Shown here piece by piece: positions 63,177 to 64,000 of a stretch of DNA of 64,000 bases (the stretch's first letter is position 1; every line of letters begins with the position of its first letter). The notes beneath the pieces are model-generated. The model ran no database searches. It had not been told where the DNA came from and saw only the letters and a list, made by a program, of their open reading frames with translations. Made by a program: the position numbers and the translations under genes. The stretch lies in assembly GCA_051294905.1 (NCBI GenBank), contig CM119371.1, positions 28,398,001-28,462,000 of the forward strand, in the 5' to 3' direction. The DNA comes from Botryllus schlosseri (taxonomy: Eukaryota).

Positions 63177-64000
63177 GAGGGGTGGTGTGAACCTCAGAAA
63201 GGTTCTGGTTCGTGTGAACGCGAACCTTTTTGAAAGGTTCTGTGTGAACGAAAACGTGAACCTCATGACGTCACGTGACGTCATATTGCTAATTCCAACC
63301 CTACATTTCAGTGAGAGTCTACCTAGCGACGACTCGGGCCACATAGTGCCACAATGGTGAAGTAAGTATTGACGTTTCAATCGTCGCCAAATGTATCAAC
63401 TGGAACAATCAAATGATATAATAATCCCATAAAATCGATCTCTTCCGTCGATTTGCCAACAATCTCGACGAGGACTTGCCAGGGAATATAAGCTTACGCC
63501 TTGACGGTATAGAGGTCAGACCGGACTATGAATTCGGCGTATGAGTATTGCTACGTTGATATTGAGCGGAGTGTCAAATGATTTTGCTATCGATATTGCC
63601 CCATTAACAAGTTATACAGCAGTAGCCAACTCCACATTCGTTCGTAGCCAACATATGAAATCAAGATTGACTCCATACGCCTACCAGATTTTTTACATCC
63701 AACAACGATGTCAATTTCATTGATTGATTGAATAAGAGTCATTCACTGACTACCTACAAGCAGTGTATTTCGCTCTTGATGTTGTGTGATTGCGAGTCAA
63801 GCTCACATCAGAGAGTCACTTAATATTCGAGCAAACTTTTGAAACAAAATAAGAAAATTTTTTGAGATTGTTTACTGTAAAATTTTTTATGCTGCCCGCG
63901 CCAGGCAGATAGTGGTCCGCAATTGAAATGCAATAAATTGCAACCAAAGATGGTATAATGAAGTGAAAATTGTAATATATGAAAAAGGTTCACAGTGCAG
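63177..64000 (+). mobile_element. Second copy of the 13966-14945 element (cut by window end)
   Basis: Collinear similarity, e.g. GTGTGAACGCGAACCTTTTTGAAAGGTTCTGTGTGAACG. Confidence 0.8.

Overview
AT-rich, repeat-dense eukaryotic DNA, most likely an invertebrate animal; the species cannot be fixed from sequence alone. It holds four single-ORF poly-C2H2 zinc-finger genes (18, 16, 9 and 14 fingers, no effector domain visible). Each sits in a duplicated unit with co-oriented paralogous non-coding blocks. The dominant feature is a 12,220-bp element (15349-27568) with Polinton/Maverick-type AGTAGT...ACTACT ends and a 6-bp target duplication (GTCGAC). It has ~5.2-kb near-identical inverted arms around a 1.8-kb spacer and no intact gene. 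It is inserted into a tRNA-derived SINE whose own 12-bp target duplication and empty-site copies are visible in the window. The rest is a mosaic of hAT MITEs, a GC-rich hAT transposase pseudogene of unusual affinity, a decayed piggyBac element with an in-window empty site, a LINE endonuclease remnant and SINEs.
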